Of a stretch of DNA of 18,587 nucleotides, positions 1-8,533 are shown one piece after another. This DNA comes from Fibrobacterales bacterium. Lineage in GTDB: Bacteria; Fibrobacterota; Fibrobacteria; Fibrobacterales; JAOPTW01. Numbering within the stretch: position 1 is the first letter of the stretch; each line of letters begins with the position of its first letter. A model generated the notes under the pieces. The model had not been told where the DNA came from. It searched no databases and saw only the letters and a program-made list of their open reading frames with translations. The stretch covers positions 1 through 18,587 of the forward strand of contig JAOPTX010000084.1 in NCBI GenBank assembly GCA_051532055.1, given 5' to 3'. A program made the translations under genes and the position numbers.

Positions 1-971
1 GACATATCCATAGCAATCCCCACTGAAGAACCACTCTTCTGCCTTTCTGCAATAAAGAAATCAAGAGTAACTATTTCACCTTCTTTAACTCCCTGAGCAT
101 CAAGCACCTCACCCAAAGTAAATTCATCATTTATTGAGGTATGGGGCCCGCCCATGTCTATGACTAGCCGACCATTTACATATACGAACACATCATCATC
201 ACCCGAAAAACTAAACACTCGAGAACCTAATCCATCATACACAAACTCATTAGACATGTGTGCTGCAAAATAGTAATTTAGCCCATCATCCCCTTCCTGA
301 GCACTTTCATCATCCAATGGAAAAAAACTATTATCAAAATGACTATAAATTCCATCCCCCATATGAACAAACTGAATGGTTGTTTCAACTTTAGGAAACT
401 CCGCTTCAGTCCACCACTCTTCAATGTGTTTGTTATTCCAAAAGTTTTTCTTAAATACAGGCAAACCATTTGCGCCCAGTGCATCTTCAACCATACCTTG
501 CCTAAGTTGGTCAGCACCATTTCCACCACCAAAATCAGAACCAGCATCATGGTCATACACTGTTAAGTTAAAATTGACAAAATGACTTGCATATACTGGT
601 TTGCCCCTACAGACTCCAGCCTGCTCCATAAACCCTACATACTTTTCAAAAGAACTCTCTTCAATGAAATCACCAGAACTCACCCCGGTAGAAACATCTT
701 CAGGTGTCGAACTTATCGTATCTTCACCACCCTCATCACTTGACTCACTCCCTTCATCCTGTTCATCAGATGATGACAATCCCCCAGAAGGAGGACTTTC
801 TGCTCCATGGCCTGAAGATTGATTATTTGTATTACTCAGTTCTTCACTTGATTCCGCAATACTTGATGAACTAATCTCAGATGACTCATCTTCTGAGCTC
901 GTAAGAAAACAAGAACTTATCCCAAACGGTACAATAAACAGAACTGCAATTGTTACACATAGATTTTTCAT
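1..971 (-). CDS. Fibro-slime (PA14-like) domain lipoprotein with Ser/Glu-rich linker; 3' end runs off the window
   Basis: Not in the ORF track; translated by hand. ATG at 971 with GAGGG upstream, and the frame is open to position 1. N-terminus MKNLCVTIAVLFIVPFGISSC is a signal peptide with lipobox, followed by an S/E/D-rich linker. Domain motifs TVYDH, FFPLD, NYYFAAHM, FSFSGDDDVFVYVNGRLVIDMGGPH and FFIAERQKSGS are typical of the fibro-slime domain. Confidence 0.92.
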   Translation of the reverse strand, partial: MKNLCVTIAVLFIVPFGISSCFLTSSEDESSEISSSSIAESSEELSNTNNQSSGHGAESPPSGGLSSSDEQDEGSESSDEGGEDTISSTPEDVSTGVSSGDFIEESSFEKYVGFMEQAGVCRGKPVYASHFVNFNLTVYDHDAGSDFGGGNGADQLRQGMVEDALGANGLPVFKKNFWNNKHIEEWWTEAEFPKVETTIQFVHMGDGIYSHFDNSFFPLDDESAQEGDDGLNYYFAAHMSNEFVYDGLGSRVFSFSGDDDVFVYVNGRLVIDMGGPHTSINDEFTLGEVLDAQGVKEGEIVTLDFFIAERQKSGSSVGIAMDM

Positions 972-1050
972 AAATACCCTCAAAAGTGATAAAGATAGAA
1001 ACCACACTCTATTCCAATATGATTTCCAATTGAATTTTACATGAAAAAAC

Positions 1051-1079
1051 AAAAAAGGCCTCACAGTAGTGAGGCCTTT
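1051..1079 (-). terminator. Intrinsic terminator downstream of the NERD genes
   Basis: Perfect stem GGCCTCAC-agta-GTGAGGCC (1057-1076). The A6 run at 1051-1056 reads as a U-tract on the - strand, about 30 nt after the stop at 1108. Confidence 0.88.
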
Positions 1080-1107
1080 AAAAATAAATTTTAACTATTT
1101 AAGAAGG

Positions 1108-1782
1108 TTAAGCAGTCTTCAACTTATCAAGTGCTGCTTTAATATCTGCCATTTCTGCATCACTCAAAGCACCTTTTTGACGCTGAATGTGACTCGCAAT
1201 GTATTTATAGTTTACAATGCCAAGGCCTTTAACTGGTCTACGTACTTTAACATATGCCGCAGAAAAGCAAAGAATTGGCCGTATGTATGGACTGTTCTCA
1301 AGAACGCCTTCAAGGTGCTCTTTAAGAGTATAGAGATGTGTCCAAATATCTTTTGTGAAATCAAATGGAGGTTTATCATTGTTCAACTTGAGGCGGTTGC
1401 CATCATTTGAAACTGAACCATTGTGATCTTTAATTTCTGCAACAAAAAGACCATTTGGACCAACAATGGTATATTCAATCTTTTCACCTTCCAATAACAA
1501 GTTTCTGTAAACAGTAAACTCTTCTGGAAGCTTAGTGAACTCATCCTTAACATCTGATTCAGTTGCAGGAGGAACATATGCTGCTTTTTTTCTCTGTTTT
1601 TTATCTTGGGGACGAATAATTTTGGCTGCCACTATTATAGCAAAAGCAATGAGACCATAGTTGAGAATCGACATAGTCTGGTCATCCCATCCAAAAGCAC
1701 CTTTCAGTACTAAGGTAAGGATAAACGCTAAAGCTAAAAGTACAACCAGAACAATTGTCTGTTTTGATTGTGATTTTTTCAT
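1108..1782 (-). CDS. Membrane-anchored NERD (nuclease-related, PD-(D/E)XK-like) domain protein
   Basis: 224 aa. Two N-terminal hydrophobic helices and a basic linker, then the NERD pattern LPEEFTVYRNL...IEYTIVGPNGLFVAEIKDHNG...IRPILCF. Confidence 0.8.
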   Translation of the reverse strand: MKKSQSKQTIVLVVLLALAFILTLVLKGAFGWDDQTMSILNYGLIAFAIIVAAKIIRPQDKKQRKKAAYVPPATESDVKDEFTKLPEEFTVYRNLLLEGEKIEYTIVGPNGLFVAEIKDHNGSVSNDGNRLKLNNDKPPFDFTKDIWTHLYTLKEHLEGVLENSPYIRPILCFSAAYVKVRRPVKGLGIVNYKYIASHIQRQKGALSDAEMADIKAALDKLKTA

Positions 1783-1929
1783 ATAAAACGCCCGAATTTA
1801 TTTTAAGGTAAAACTAATAAATTTGTCCTTGATTAGGACCAATTCTCTTTAAAATATATAAAATTGAACAAATTTGCTTACCGTTGAAATCGGCAAATTC
1901 TAATCAATTTACCCAAAAACAGCCCGTGC

Positions 1930-2562
1930 TTACCTGACTGCAACGCTTCCAATTATATCTCTCAAATGCTTTTCAGGAATAACCGTTCTATTGGCGCGCA
2001 CCATTGGACATAGAAAAGTCCCATTAATCACCGCTGTTTCATCAATAGGAACCTGAACCGCAACAAATGCATCAGGGTAACAAATAATTGTCTTCACAAA
2101 GTAATCAATCCCTGTTACTTCATTTATCATTGACTTGAGCGCAGAAGTCTGACTCCATAAACGACTCACCTCTCGTTTATCTGTTTTTTCTCCATCATAA
2201 TAAAGATCTTGTTCATTATTTGAGACAGCTCCCGTATGCCCACTCACCCCGACCACTGAAATCCCATTGGCTGATACAATTAAAAAATCAAAGGGAACCC
2301 CATTTACCTCACACTCCCTAAAGAGCATATAACTATCAGAAAGCGTTTTAAGAAGTCCATAGACCTTCTCTATGGCGTTTCCTCGATCAGTGTTACTCGA
2401 CACACTCTTCTGAGTTTGAACAACCCGCTTTGAGGTTTCTCGCTTTATACCTGCGGAGCCCTTCTTTTTTTGAGCAAGGCGTGCACTTTTATTTTGCTGA
2501 ATCATAAAAAGCACCACTATCAATACAGTGATGGTGAATGAGACAATCAATACAATAACCAT
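1930..2562 (-). CDS. Membrane-anchored degenerate NERD domain protein, paralog of 1108-1782
   Basis: 210 aa with a single N-terminal TM helix. LSDSYMLFRE...FDFLIVSANGISVVGVSGHTGAVSN...VKTIICY is collinear with the neighbouring NERD protein. Its ATG directly abuts the pfk stop codon (TAG-ATG). Confidence 0.72.
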   Translation of the reverse strand: MVIVLIVSFTITVLIVVLFMIQQNKSARLAQKKKGSAGIKRETSKRVVQTQKSVSSNTDRGNAIEKVYGLLKTLSDSYMLFRECEVNGVPFDFLIVSANGISVVGVSGHTGAVSNNEQDLYYDGEKTDKREVSRLWSQTSALKSMINEVTGIDYFVKTIICYPDAFVAVQVPIDETAVINGTFLCPMVRANRTVIPEKHLRDIIGSVAVR

Positions 2563-3909
2563 CTATTTTGAACCTTTAGATGACCCATAAAAATAGTCGT
2601 TTTGACGAGTCGCCCCAAGCACCGCTCTCCAGAGAGAACCCGCCTGATTCACCTTTTTACGATCCATAGTCGCCAAATGAATAGGTACATGTGTAAAGCT
2701 ATCTGCCCAATGTCCAATCACCATATTTGTTTTGCCCGCCATAGCAGCATGAACAGCGTTTTTAGCCAGAAGAAAACAGAAGATCGCATCAGTCCCCTGA
2801 GCTGACACGCTCCGTATTAAATAACTAGGATCAAAGTACTTAACCGAACACTCCACATCGATAGCTTTAAAATGAACTCGTACCTCGTCCCGTATTAATT
2901 CACCAATATCTTGTTTGAGTACGTTACCCGACGCATCTTTCACTTCACTTTGATCTTCAAAAAGCTCTTGACCCGCACCTTCGGCAACAACAATAACCAC
3001 ATGGGTTTTACCCCGTTCAAAACGGCGTTCCAACGCTTTTAACAATCCGTTCTCACCCTTGAGGGTAAAATCCATTTCTGGAACTAAACAAAAATTTACG
3101 ACTGAATTTGCAAGACTCGCATAGGCCGCAATAAATCCAGAATCACGCCCCATAAGCTTTATGAGGCCCACACCATTAAAGGCCCCTTTAGCCTCCATAT
3201 GTGCAGAAGTAACCACCTCATGAGTAGAGTAAACTGCCGTTTCAAAACCAAAGGTACGATCAATAAAACTTAAATCATTATCTATAGTTTTAGGAATCCC
3301 TACAACACTAATAGAAAGACTTCGACGAGTTACCTCTTGGGCAATATATTCTGCACCACGAAGCGTACCATCACCCCCAACACAAAAAAGCATATTGATA
3401 TTCATTCGCTGAAGCGTATCAACCATCTGCTCAGTTGATTGACTCCCTCGTGATGAACCAAGAATGGTCCCTCCCTCTTCATGAATGGTGTCAACAATAT
3501 CCGGACTCAAATTAATAGGGGTATGCCCATATGTAGGATTAAGACCTTGATAGCCATAAGGGATACCAATGATATTTTCAACACCATAGTCAAACCAGAG
3601 CACCTGAACCAATCCTTTAATAACATCATTGATCCCTGGGCACAATCCACCACAAGTAACAATTGCCGCCTTGGACCATTTAGGATTGTGAAATATTTTT
3701 TCACGAGGCCCTGCCTGTTCAAACCCCGGAAGCTCTTCACCTTGCTCAACCAGTTGCTTGATATCGGAGACTGATGTCGCAAAAGAGACGCGCTCATCTG
3801 GTTCAATAAACTGCTGATGAGACAATGGAGAATCGATCCCCCCCTCTCCTAATTTCTGAATAGTAAAATCAAATGAACTCGGTTCCTGAATGACGCGAGA
3901 ATAGTCCAT
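2563..3909 (-). CDS. pfkA: ATP-dependent 6-phosphofructokinase (long, group X-type)
   Basis: 448 aa with motifs AIVTCGGLCPGINDVI, GGTILGSSRG, GGDGTLRGA (GGDG is ATP-type), PKTIDND, MGRDSGFIA, VVAEGAGQ and KYFDPSYLIRS. GAGGA SD upstream. Confidence 0.95.
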   Translation of the reverse strand: MDYSRVIQEPSSFDFTIQKLGEGGIDSPLSHQQFIEPDERVSFATSVSDIKQLVEQGEELPGFEQAGPREKIFHNPKWSKAAIVTCGGLCPGINDVIKGLVQVLWFDYGVENIIGIPYGYQGLNPTYGHTPINLSPDIVDTIHEEGGTILGSSRGSQSTEQMVDTLQRMNINMLFCVGGDGTLRGAEYIAQEVTRRSLSISVVGIPKTIDNDLSFIDRTFGFETAVYSTHEVVTSAHMEAKGAFNGVGLIKLMGRDSGFIAAYASLANSVVNFCLVPEMDFTLKGENGLLKALERRFERGKTHVVIVVAEGAGQELFEDQSEVKDASGNVLKQDIGELIRDEVRVHFKAIDVECSVKYFDPSYLIRSVSAQGTDAIFCFLLAKNAVHAAMAGKTNMVIGHWADSFTHVPIHLATMDRKKVNQAGSLWRAVLGATRQNDYFYGSSKGSK

Positions 3910-4105
3910 AGTTGTTCCTCAATGAGGTAATCGGGTTGCAATACCCCTATAATAGCATTATTTCAGCTATTTGCCATAAATGAGAGTCCACTAGGGCACT
4001 TATTACTCTATAAACCCCCTACATAATGACATCTAGTCAAATAATACCCTACCATTTTATCATTACAATTTGTTATACTCTTTATAGTCTTTAACTATAG
4101 AATGT

Positions 4106-4906
4106 ATGACTGTGTATTTCAAATTCCCCCCAATACTCCTAGCAATTACGTTATTGGGAAGCAACGTTTACACCCAGTCATCCACAACACCTATCCCAAA
4201 AGTCATTACTATTGCTATTGATGAATACCCACCCTATACATCACAGACTCTCACCGGCTATGGCATCGATTGTCAGATTGTTTCTGAAGTCTTTAAAAAA
4301 ATAGGCGTAACTGTTGAGTATGAATTTCTCCCTTCCGCCCGCGCTCTCATGCTCACAAAACGTGGCCATAAAGATGCGACAGTCCCCTGGGCAATGCGTC
4401 AAGAGCGCCTCAAGGATTACTACTATAGCGCCCCCATTCGAGAGGCCGATATTGAACATTTCTTTTATATTGATAGCAACTTTGTATGGAACACAGCTCA
4501 ACAAGATTACTCATTATTAAATGGGAAAAATATTGGAGCAATAATTGGGTATAATTATGGAGAAAAATTTGAAAAAGCTTCGCTTTCTAAGATTATTGAA
4601 GTAGACCGCATTGCTGGCCTCAACCAAAATTTTAAAAAACTCCTCGCCGGCCATCTCGACCTCGTCATCTCCCAAAAACGTATTGGAGATTACACGTTAC
4701 ATCAATTCTTCACCCCTGAACAACAAAAAAACATCCGCTCTACACCTCAAAACAGCGACCCTATTGAATATGACTATCTACTCTTTTCAAAAGTAAAAGA
4801 ATACAATCGTCCACTCAGAGACAAATTTGATACTCAATTAAAAATATTCATGAAAAGTGATCACTATAAAACGCTTTTGAATGGAAAAACAAGCACCAAA
4901 AAATGA
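4106..4906 (+). CDS. Periplasmic substrate-binding protein, family 3 (amino-acid SBP-like)
   Basis: Signal peptide, then EYPPYT...GYGIDCQIVSEVF, LPSARAL, LNGKNIGAIIGYNYG and NFKKLLAGHLDL, a typical SBP_bac_3 pattern. Confidence 0.85.
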   Translation: MTVYFKFPPILLAITLLGSNVYTQSSTTPIPKVITIAIDEYPPYTSQTLTGYGIDCQIVSEVFKKIGVTVEYEFLPSARALMLTKRGHKDATVPWAMRQERLKDYYYSAPIREADIEHFFYIDSNFVWNTAQQDYSLLNGKNIGAIIGYNYGEKFEKASLSKIIEVDRIAGLNQNFKKLLAGHLDLVISQKRIGDYTLHQFFTPEQQKNIRSTPQNSDPIEYDYLLFSKVKEYNRPLRDKFDTQLKIFMKSDHYKTLLNGKTSTKK

Positions 4907-5002
4907 TTACTTTTATTTACTAATCAAACTCTTATTATTGCCACACAGGTTCTACATATTTATTACATATAATACTAGAGTAATCAATCGCGCGATATCC
5001 GT

Positions 5003-5677
5003 ATGAACAAAAGCAGCATAGCCTCACTGGCATCTCTTAAAACGGGAACCTCTTTTGAGTCTGAGACTCTCACATTTTACACCGACCACACACACGCTTA
5101 CCAACTGAGCCATATTGATGAACTCAGAGAGAAAGGTGCTTTTAATGACACCCTTCTCTTTATCGGTTCAATTAAACGTGATCAAACACTGGCTCTTCGT
5201 GAAATAGAAGAAATCATCAATACCCAAACAAAGAGCACCTACCCTGTTATAGAACAATTTAGAGAAACTCCCTCTTACAGAGCTGGAGTAAGAGGCGCTG
5301 ACAATGCATTAGCCCTTATCAACACTGCTGATGATACCGAAAGTAGTATGTTTGTAGATGACATCATACAATTCGAGTCTGACTATGCAAGTGCTTTTGA
5401 TGAATACACTTTCTATCAACGTCGTATGAAAAGTAAAATATCTGATGAAGAACTTGAAGATAGGCACACTGAGTGCAAGCAAATACTCCATGATCTAGAG
5501 GCGGCAAAACTATCTCTTATTGAACATATTGAAGCTGTTGTAAATCCTTACAACATCAAAGATGCTGTTCAATATGCTTCAATTATTCGTTCACTCTATC
5601 GTATACTAACCAGTAATTTGACCCTGGTGCATAGCGACCAGTTCGATGAAGTTCAAACCACCCAAGAACACTCATAA
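5003..5677 (+). CDS. Hypothetical soluble acidic, probably alpha-helical protein
   Basis: 224 aa ORF filling the gap between flanking genes with a natural amino-acid composition. No motif recognised. Confidence 0.75.
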   Translation: MNKSSIASLASLKTGTSFESETLTFYTDHTHAYQLSHIDELREKGAFNDTLLFIGSIKRDQTLALREIEEIINTQTKSTYPVIEQFRETPSYRAGVRGADNALALINTADDTESSMFVDDIIQFESDYASAFDEYTFYQRRMKSKISDEELEDRHTECKQILHDLEAAKLSLIEHIEAVVNPYNIKDAVQYASIIRSLYRILTSNLTLVHSDQFDEVQTTQEHS

Positions 5678-5687
5678 TACAACAACG

Positions 5688-6356
5688 CTACTCACCTGCA
5701 ATAAGGTTTATATCCTTCACTTCAATGTGATTACTAGTATACCCTTTTTCTGCAACGGCGATCATTGATTTCCCCACCCTAACAGTATCCGTTACCTTTG
5801 AAGGGAAATGCTTAAGGAGCGGATAGAGCCACGAAAAAAGCATATAAGGAACTGCATAGAGGCGCGTCTTTGATCTTACCCCTTTTAGAGGTTGAATATA
5901 TCCAGGCCTAAACATAAAAGCCCTTTCTCCAAACATCTCAAGAAGTTTATTTTCAGTCTTTCCTTTTACCCGCGCCCACATCATCGTCCCCTTTTCGGTC
6001 GAATCACACCCCGCCCCCGAAACATAAGCAAAAGTCATTGAGTCATTTTGAGCCTGTAGCATTTCTGCAAATCCAATACAGAGGTCATAGGTTACACCAT
6101 GAAATTCTCCTTCACTCTTACCTGCCGCAGATGACCCCAAACAGAAAAAACAACTCGTATAACCATTTAATGCTTCACTATGCAGTGAAAGCTCCCGGAA
6201 ATCATTAACTAATAATTCATTCAATTTAGGGTGCTCTATTGCAACAGAAGAACGCCCTACCACTAAAACAGACTCAACACTGTCTGACTCAAGACATTCC
6301 AATAGGACGCCGCCCCCCACCATGCCAGTAGCACCTGTGATAATAGCTCGTATCAT
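5688..6356 (-). CDS. NAD(P)-binding Rossmann-fold protein (atypical SDR/epimerase, TIP30-like)
   Basis: Start reassigned to the ATG at 6356, which has a GAGGAG SD 6 nt upstream and avoids overlap with the 6404 gene. Motifs ITGATGMVGGGVL, CFFCLG, YVSGAG, WARVKGKTEN and FRPGYIQP. Confidence 0.88.
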   Translation of the reverse strand: MIRAIITGATGMVGGGVLLECLESDSVESVLVVGRSSVAIEHPKLNELLVNDFRELSLHSEALNGYTSCFFCLGSSAAGKSEGEFHGVTYDLCIGFAEMLQAQNDSMTFAYVSGAGCDSTEKGTMMWARVKGKTENKLLEMFGERAFMFRPGYIQPLKGVRSKTRLYAVPYMLFSWLYPLLKHFPSKVTDTVRVGKSMIAVAEKGYTSNHIEVKDINLIAGE

Positions 6357-6403
6357 TATGAACTCCTCATTTCTATGTTTGATAAATATACTATCTTTAA
6401 TAT

Positions 6404-6886
6404 ATGATTTTACTAGAACCCATAGAAGACTATACAATCCCTTTTGATGAATGGCACCAGAAGTATCTTTTTTTAGATACCAACACCATCCCCCCTCACC
6501 ACCGAGACCTCATCAAACCTCTCTCAAAAAGCTATGGAACAAATGCACTCAAAGACCTTAGAGCCTTTGGAGTATTCAAGGAAACTCCACTGAATAAACT
6601 ATTTTCCTTCAGCATCTCTAAGTCAACACAAGACGCATCAGCAAAAGCAATCGGCAAATGGTTATTTAAAAGAGGCATTCCATTTAACTTGACAGTCCAC
6701 GTTATTTGGGAATCCGGCGAATCTGCCTTGGTCCCTTGGAAAGTTCTCGCCCATTACCACAATTTATTCTTCACTCAAAAAGAGGCCGTATTTTGTATTG
6801 CAGAGTCTATAGAATGGGGTACTATTAAATACTCACACCCTATAATTGAGTGCGCCCATAACACTCGTTATTCTTTGGATAAATAG
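6404..6886 (+). CDS. Hypothetical protein, DUF2947-like
   Basis: 160 aa. IPFDEW..KYLF...IKPL...KWLFKRGIPF..VHVIW...VPWK resembles DUF2947-type proteins as I recall them; the family call is tentative. Confidence 0.55.
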   Translation: MILLEPIEDYTIPFDEWHQKYLFLDTNTIPPHHRDLIKPLSKSYGTNALKDLRAFGVFKETPLNKLFSFSISKSTQDASAKAIGKWLFKRGIPFNLTVHVIWESGESALVPWKVLAHYHNLFFTQKEAVFCIAESIEWGTIKYSHPIIECAHNTRYSLDK

Positions 6887-6903
6887 AGCACATCTTGATT
6901 CAT

Positions 6904-7608
6904 CTACTTTGCAGATAAAAAGCGATAGTTTTTTCCGGGAACAAGTACGGTATCAGAATCTGATTCTGTAACTTGAACCATCACAGAATCAATTACTTGG
7001 ACAAAGAGCGTATCAATAATGGTCAAAATAACCGTAGTACCGTTTTCGGTTTTTACTTCGACATTTCCTTGATACATAATTAAATCTATATTGAGAGCTG
7101 GTATTTTTAAGATACCCTCGGAGTCAAATGCTGTTAGGCTATCAAGTTGAGTACTCTGATTCTCACAAACAGCAAGGGTTGAATCTGCTTTACACTCTTC
7201 TCGTACAGAAAAAAATTCAACATTATGAACGAGTGAATCGAGTATAAGATGTAAACTATCAAGGTTAAATCCTTTGCCACACATCTGATCTCTATAATAG
7301 AACGAAGAATCTCTATAAAAATGAATGGTCCCCCAAGTGCTCCCTTCTTTAATCATACAGTTCGATTCTGAAGTAGGGCATTGTTCTACAGATCCACTCT
7401 CTTCCTTTGAAAAAATATTGAGCGAATCTTCATTAAATACGTGCATACTATCAATTGCACTGAGACAACCATCATTCCCAAGGCTCCGACTCATCTCAAC
7501 GCAAAAAGTGAAATTATCCGATGCATATTGACAAGCCCGATTATCGTCATCACTATTTGAACAATAAGTGAGAAGCAGGGACAAACAAATAAGAAGTAGT
7601 GATTTCAC
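6904..7608 (-). CDS. Hypothetical Cys-rich lipoprotein
   Basis: GTG start with AAGG upstream. MKSLLLICLSLLLTYC lipoprotein signal followed by SNSDDDN; several Cys in the mature part. Confidence 0.75.
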   Translation of the reverse strand: MKSLLLICLSLLLTYCSNSDDDNRACQYASDNFTFCVEMSRSLGNDGCLSAIDSMHVFNEDSLNIFSKEESGSVEQCPTSESNCMIKEGSTWGTIHFYRDSSFYYRDQMCGKGFNLDSLHLILDSLVHNVEFFSVREECKADSTLAVCENQSTQLDSLTAFDSEGILKIPALNIDLIMYQGNVEVKTENGTTVILTIIDTLFVQVIDSVMVQVTESDSDTVLVPGKNYRFLSAK

Positions 7609-7678
7609 GAAAACAAACCTTTTAAGTACCTACCAACCCTTTCTCAAGAGTCAATAAAACATTCTTGATGGGAAATAT

Positions 7679-7710
7679 AAAAAAACCGACCCCTAATGAG
7701 AGAATCGGTT
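7679..7710 (-). terminator. Intrinsic terminator downstream of the GATase-like gene
   Basis: The - strand reads ACCGATTCT-ctcatta-GGGGTCGGT followed by a T-run. The G-U pairs form only on the - strand. Confidence 0.65.
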
Positions 7711-7756
7711 ACGTACTCGGAAATTTTTATATCAACGAAGTGTAATGACACGGCGA

Positions 7757-8485
7757 TTAACTCGCCATGCGCTTCTCTTGAACCAAGGTTAAAAAAGCGG
7801 GTAACAAAGCCAGCGCCTCTGTAGAGTCACTCACTTTGCTTAACAGACTCCCTACATCAAACCACTCATTAATAAGTACTTTACGTTGTTGTACAATATA
7901 CTCTTCTATAATTTCTGCGGTAAACTCAGGGTGGAATTGTACCCCCCAGACTGATGCAGCGTATCTCACCACTTGATTTTGTTCAAAAGTACTTGATGCG
8001 AGTGAGACAGCGTGAGGCGGTAGTCGGGTTACCGATTGACGATGAGAGGAATGCCCGGTAAAACTACTGGTGAACCCTCCAAAAAGTGGATCTTGTGCAG
8101 TATGTGCCACATTGACATCAATCTCGATGGTTCCAATTTCAATCCCACGAGCATGCTCACTTACAGCACCTCCCAGTGCTCTCGCAATTAGTTGATGCCC
8201 CAACCCAATACCCAAGATGGAAACTTCTAGCTCAACCGCCTGCCTTATCCATTCTTCAAGATCGAGATGCCAGGGAAGATTGTCAGATACCTTATTATGA
8301 GAACCAGAAATAATAACCCGATCACAAAATTCTGGTGCGGGGAGCTCATCGCCCCCTTCTATATCTACAACAGTTACTTCAGCACAATCACCAAGCGCCT
8401 GCTGAATCCAGTGGTCAAAGTCACCAAGGGCCTTTTGAGTCTTTAAAAATGTTGATCCTGCTTTGATGATATAATTTTGACCCAT
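7757..8485 (-). CDS. Class I glutamine amidotransferase-like protein lacking the nucleophile Cys
   Basis: Start reassigned to ATG 8485 (AAGGG SD; MGQNYIIKAGST). Motifs VIISGS, ILGIGLGHQLIARALGG (canonical GIC[YL]GHQ), GIEIGT, SHRQSV..LP and WGVQFHPEF. Confidence 0.9.
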   Translation of the reverse strand: MGQNYIIKAGSTFLKTQKALGDFDHWIQQALGDCAEVTVVDIEGGDELPAPEFCDRVIISGSHNKVSDNLPWHLDLEEWIRQAVELEVSILGIGLGHQLIARALGGAVSEHARGIEIGTIEIDVNVAHTAQDPLFGGFTSSFTGHSSHRQSVTRLPPHAVSLASSTFEQNQVVRYAASVWGVQFHPEFTAEIIEEYIVQQRKVLINEWFDVGSLLSKVSDSTEALALLPAFLTLVQEKRMAS

Positions 8486-8533
8486 AACGAAACCCTTATT
8501 ACTGAATTGCCTCTCTACCCAAAGTATTCTAAA

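Noticed and set aside
278..822. Short ORFs listed at 278-556, 339-566, 376-585 and 601-822
   Set aside because: They are shadow frames of the real gene at 1-971 (-).
1820..1898. Two imperfect inverted repeats between the NERD genes (AATTTGTCCT/AGGACCAATT and AATTTGC/GCAAATT)
   Set aside because: They are AT-rich, have different spacers and no clear U-tract. I cannot distinguish them from chance.
2563..3909. PPi-dependent phosphofructokinase
   Set aside because: The motif is GGDG, not GGDD, which indicates ATP specificity.
6357..6437. N-terminal extension of the NAD(P)-binding ORF
   Set aside because: It overlaps the divergent gene. The Rossmann motif and a strong SD place the start at 6356.
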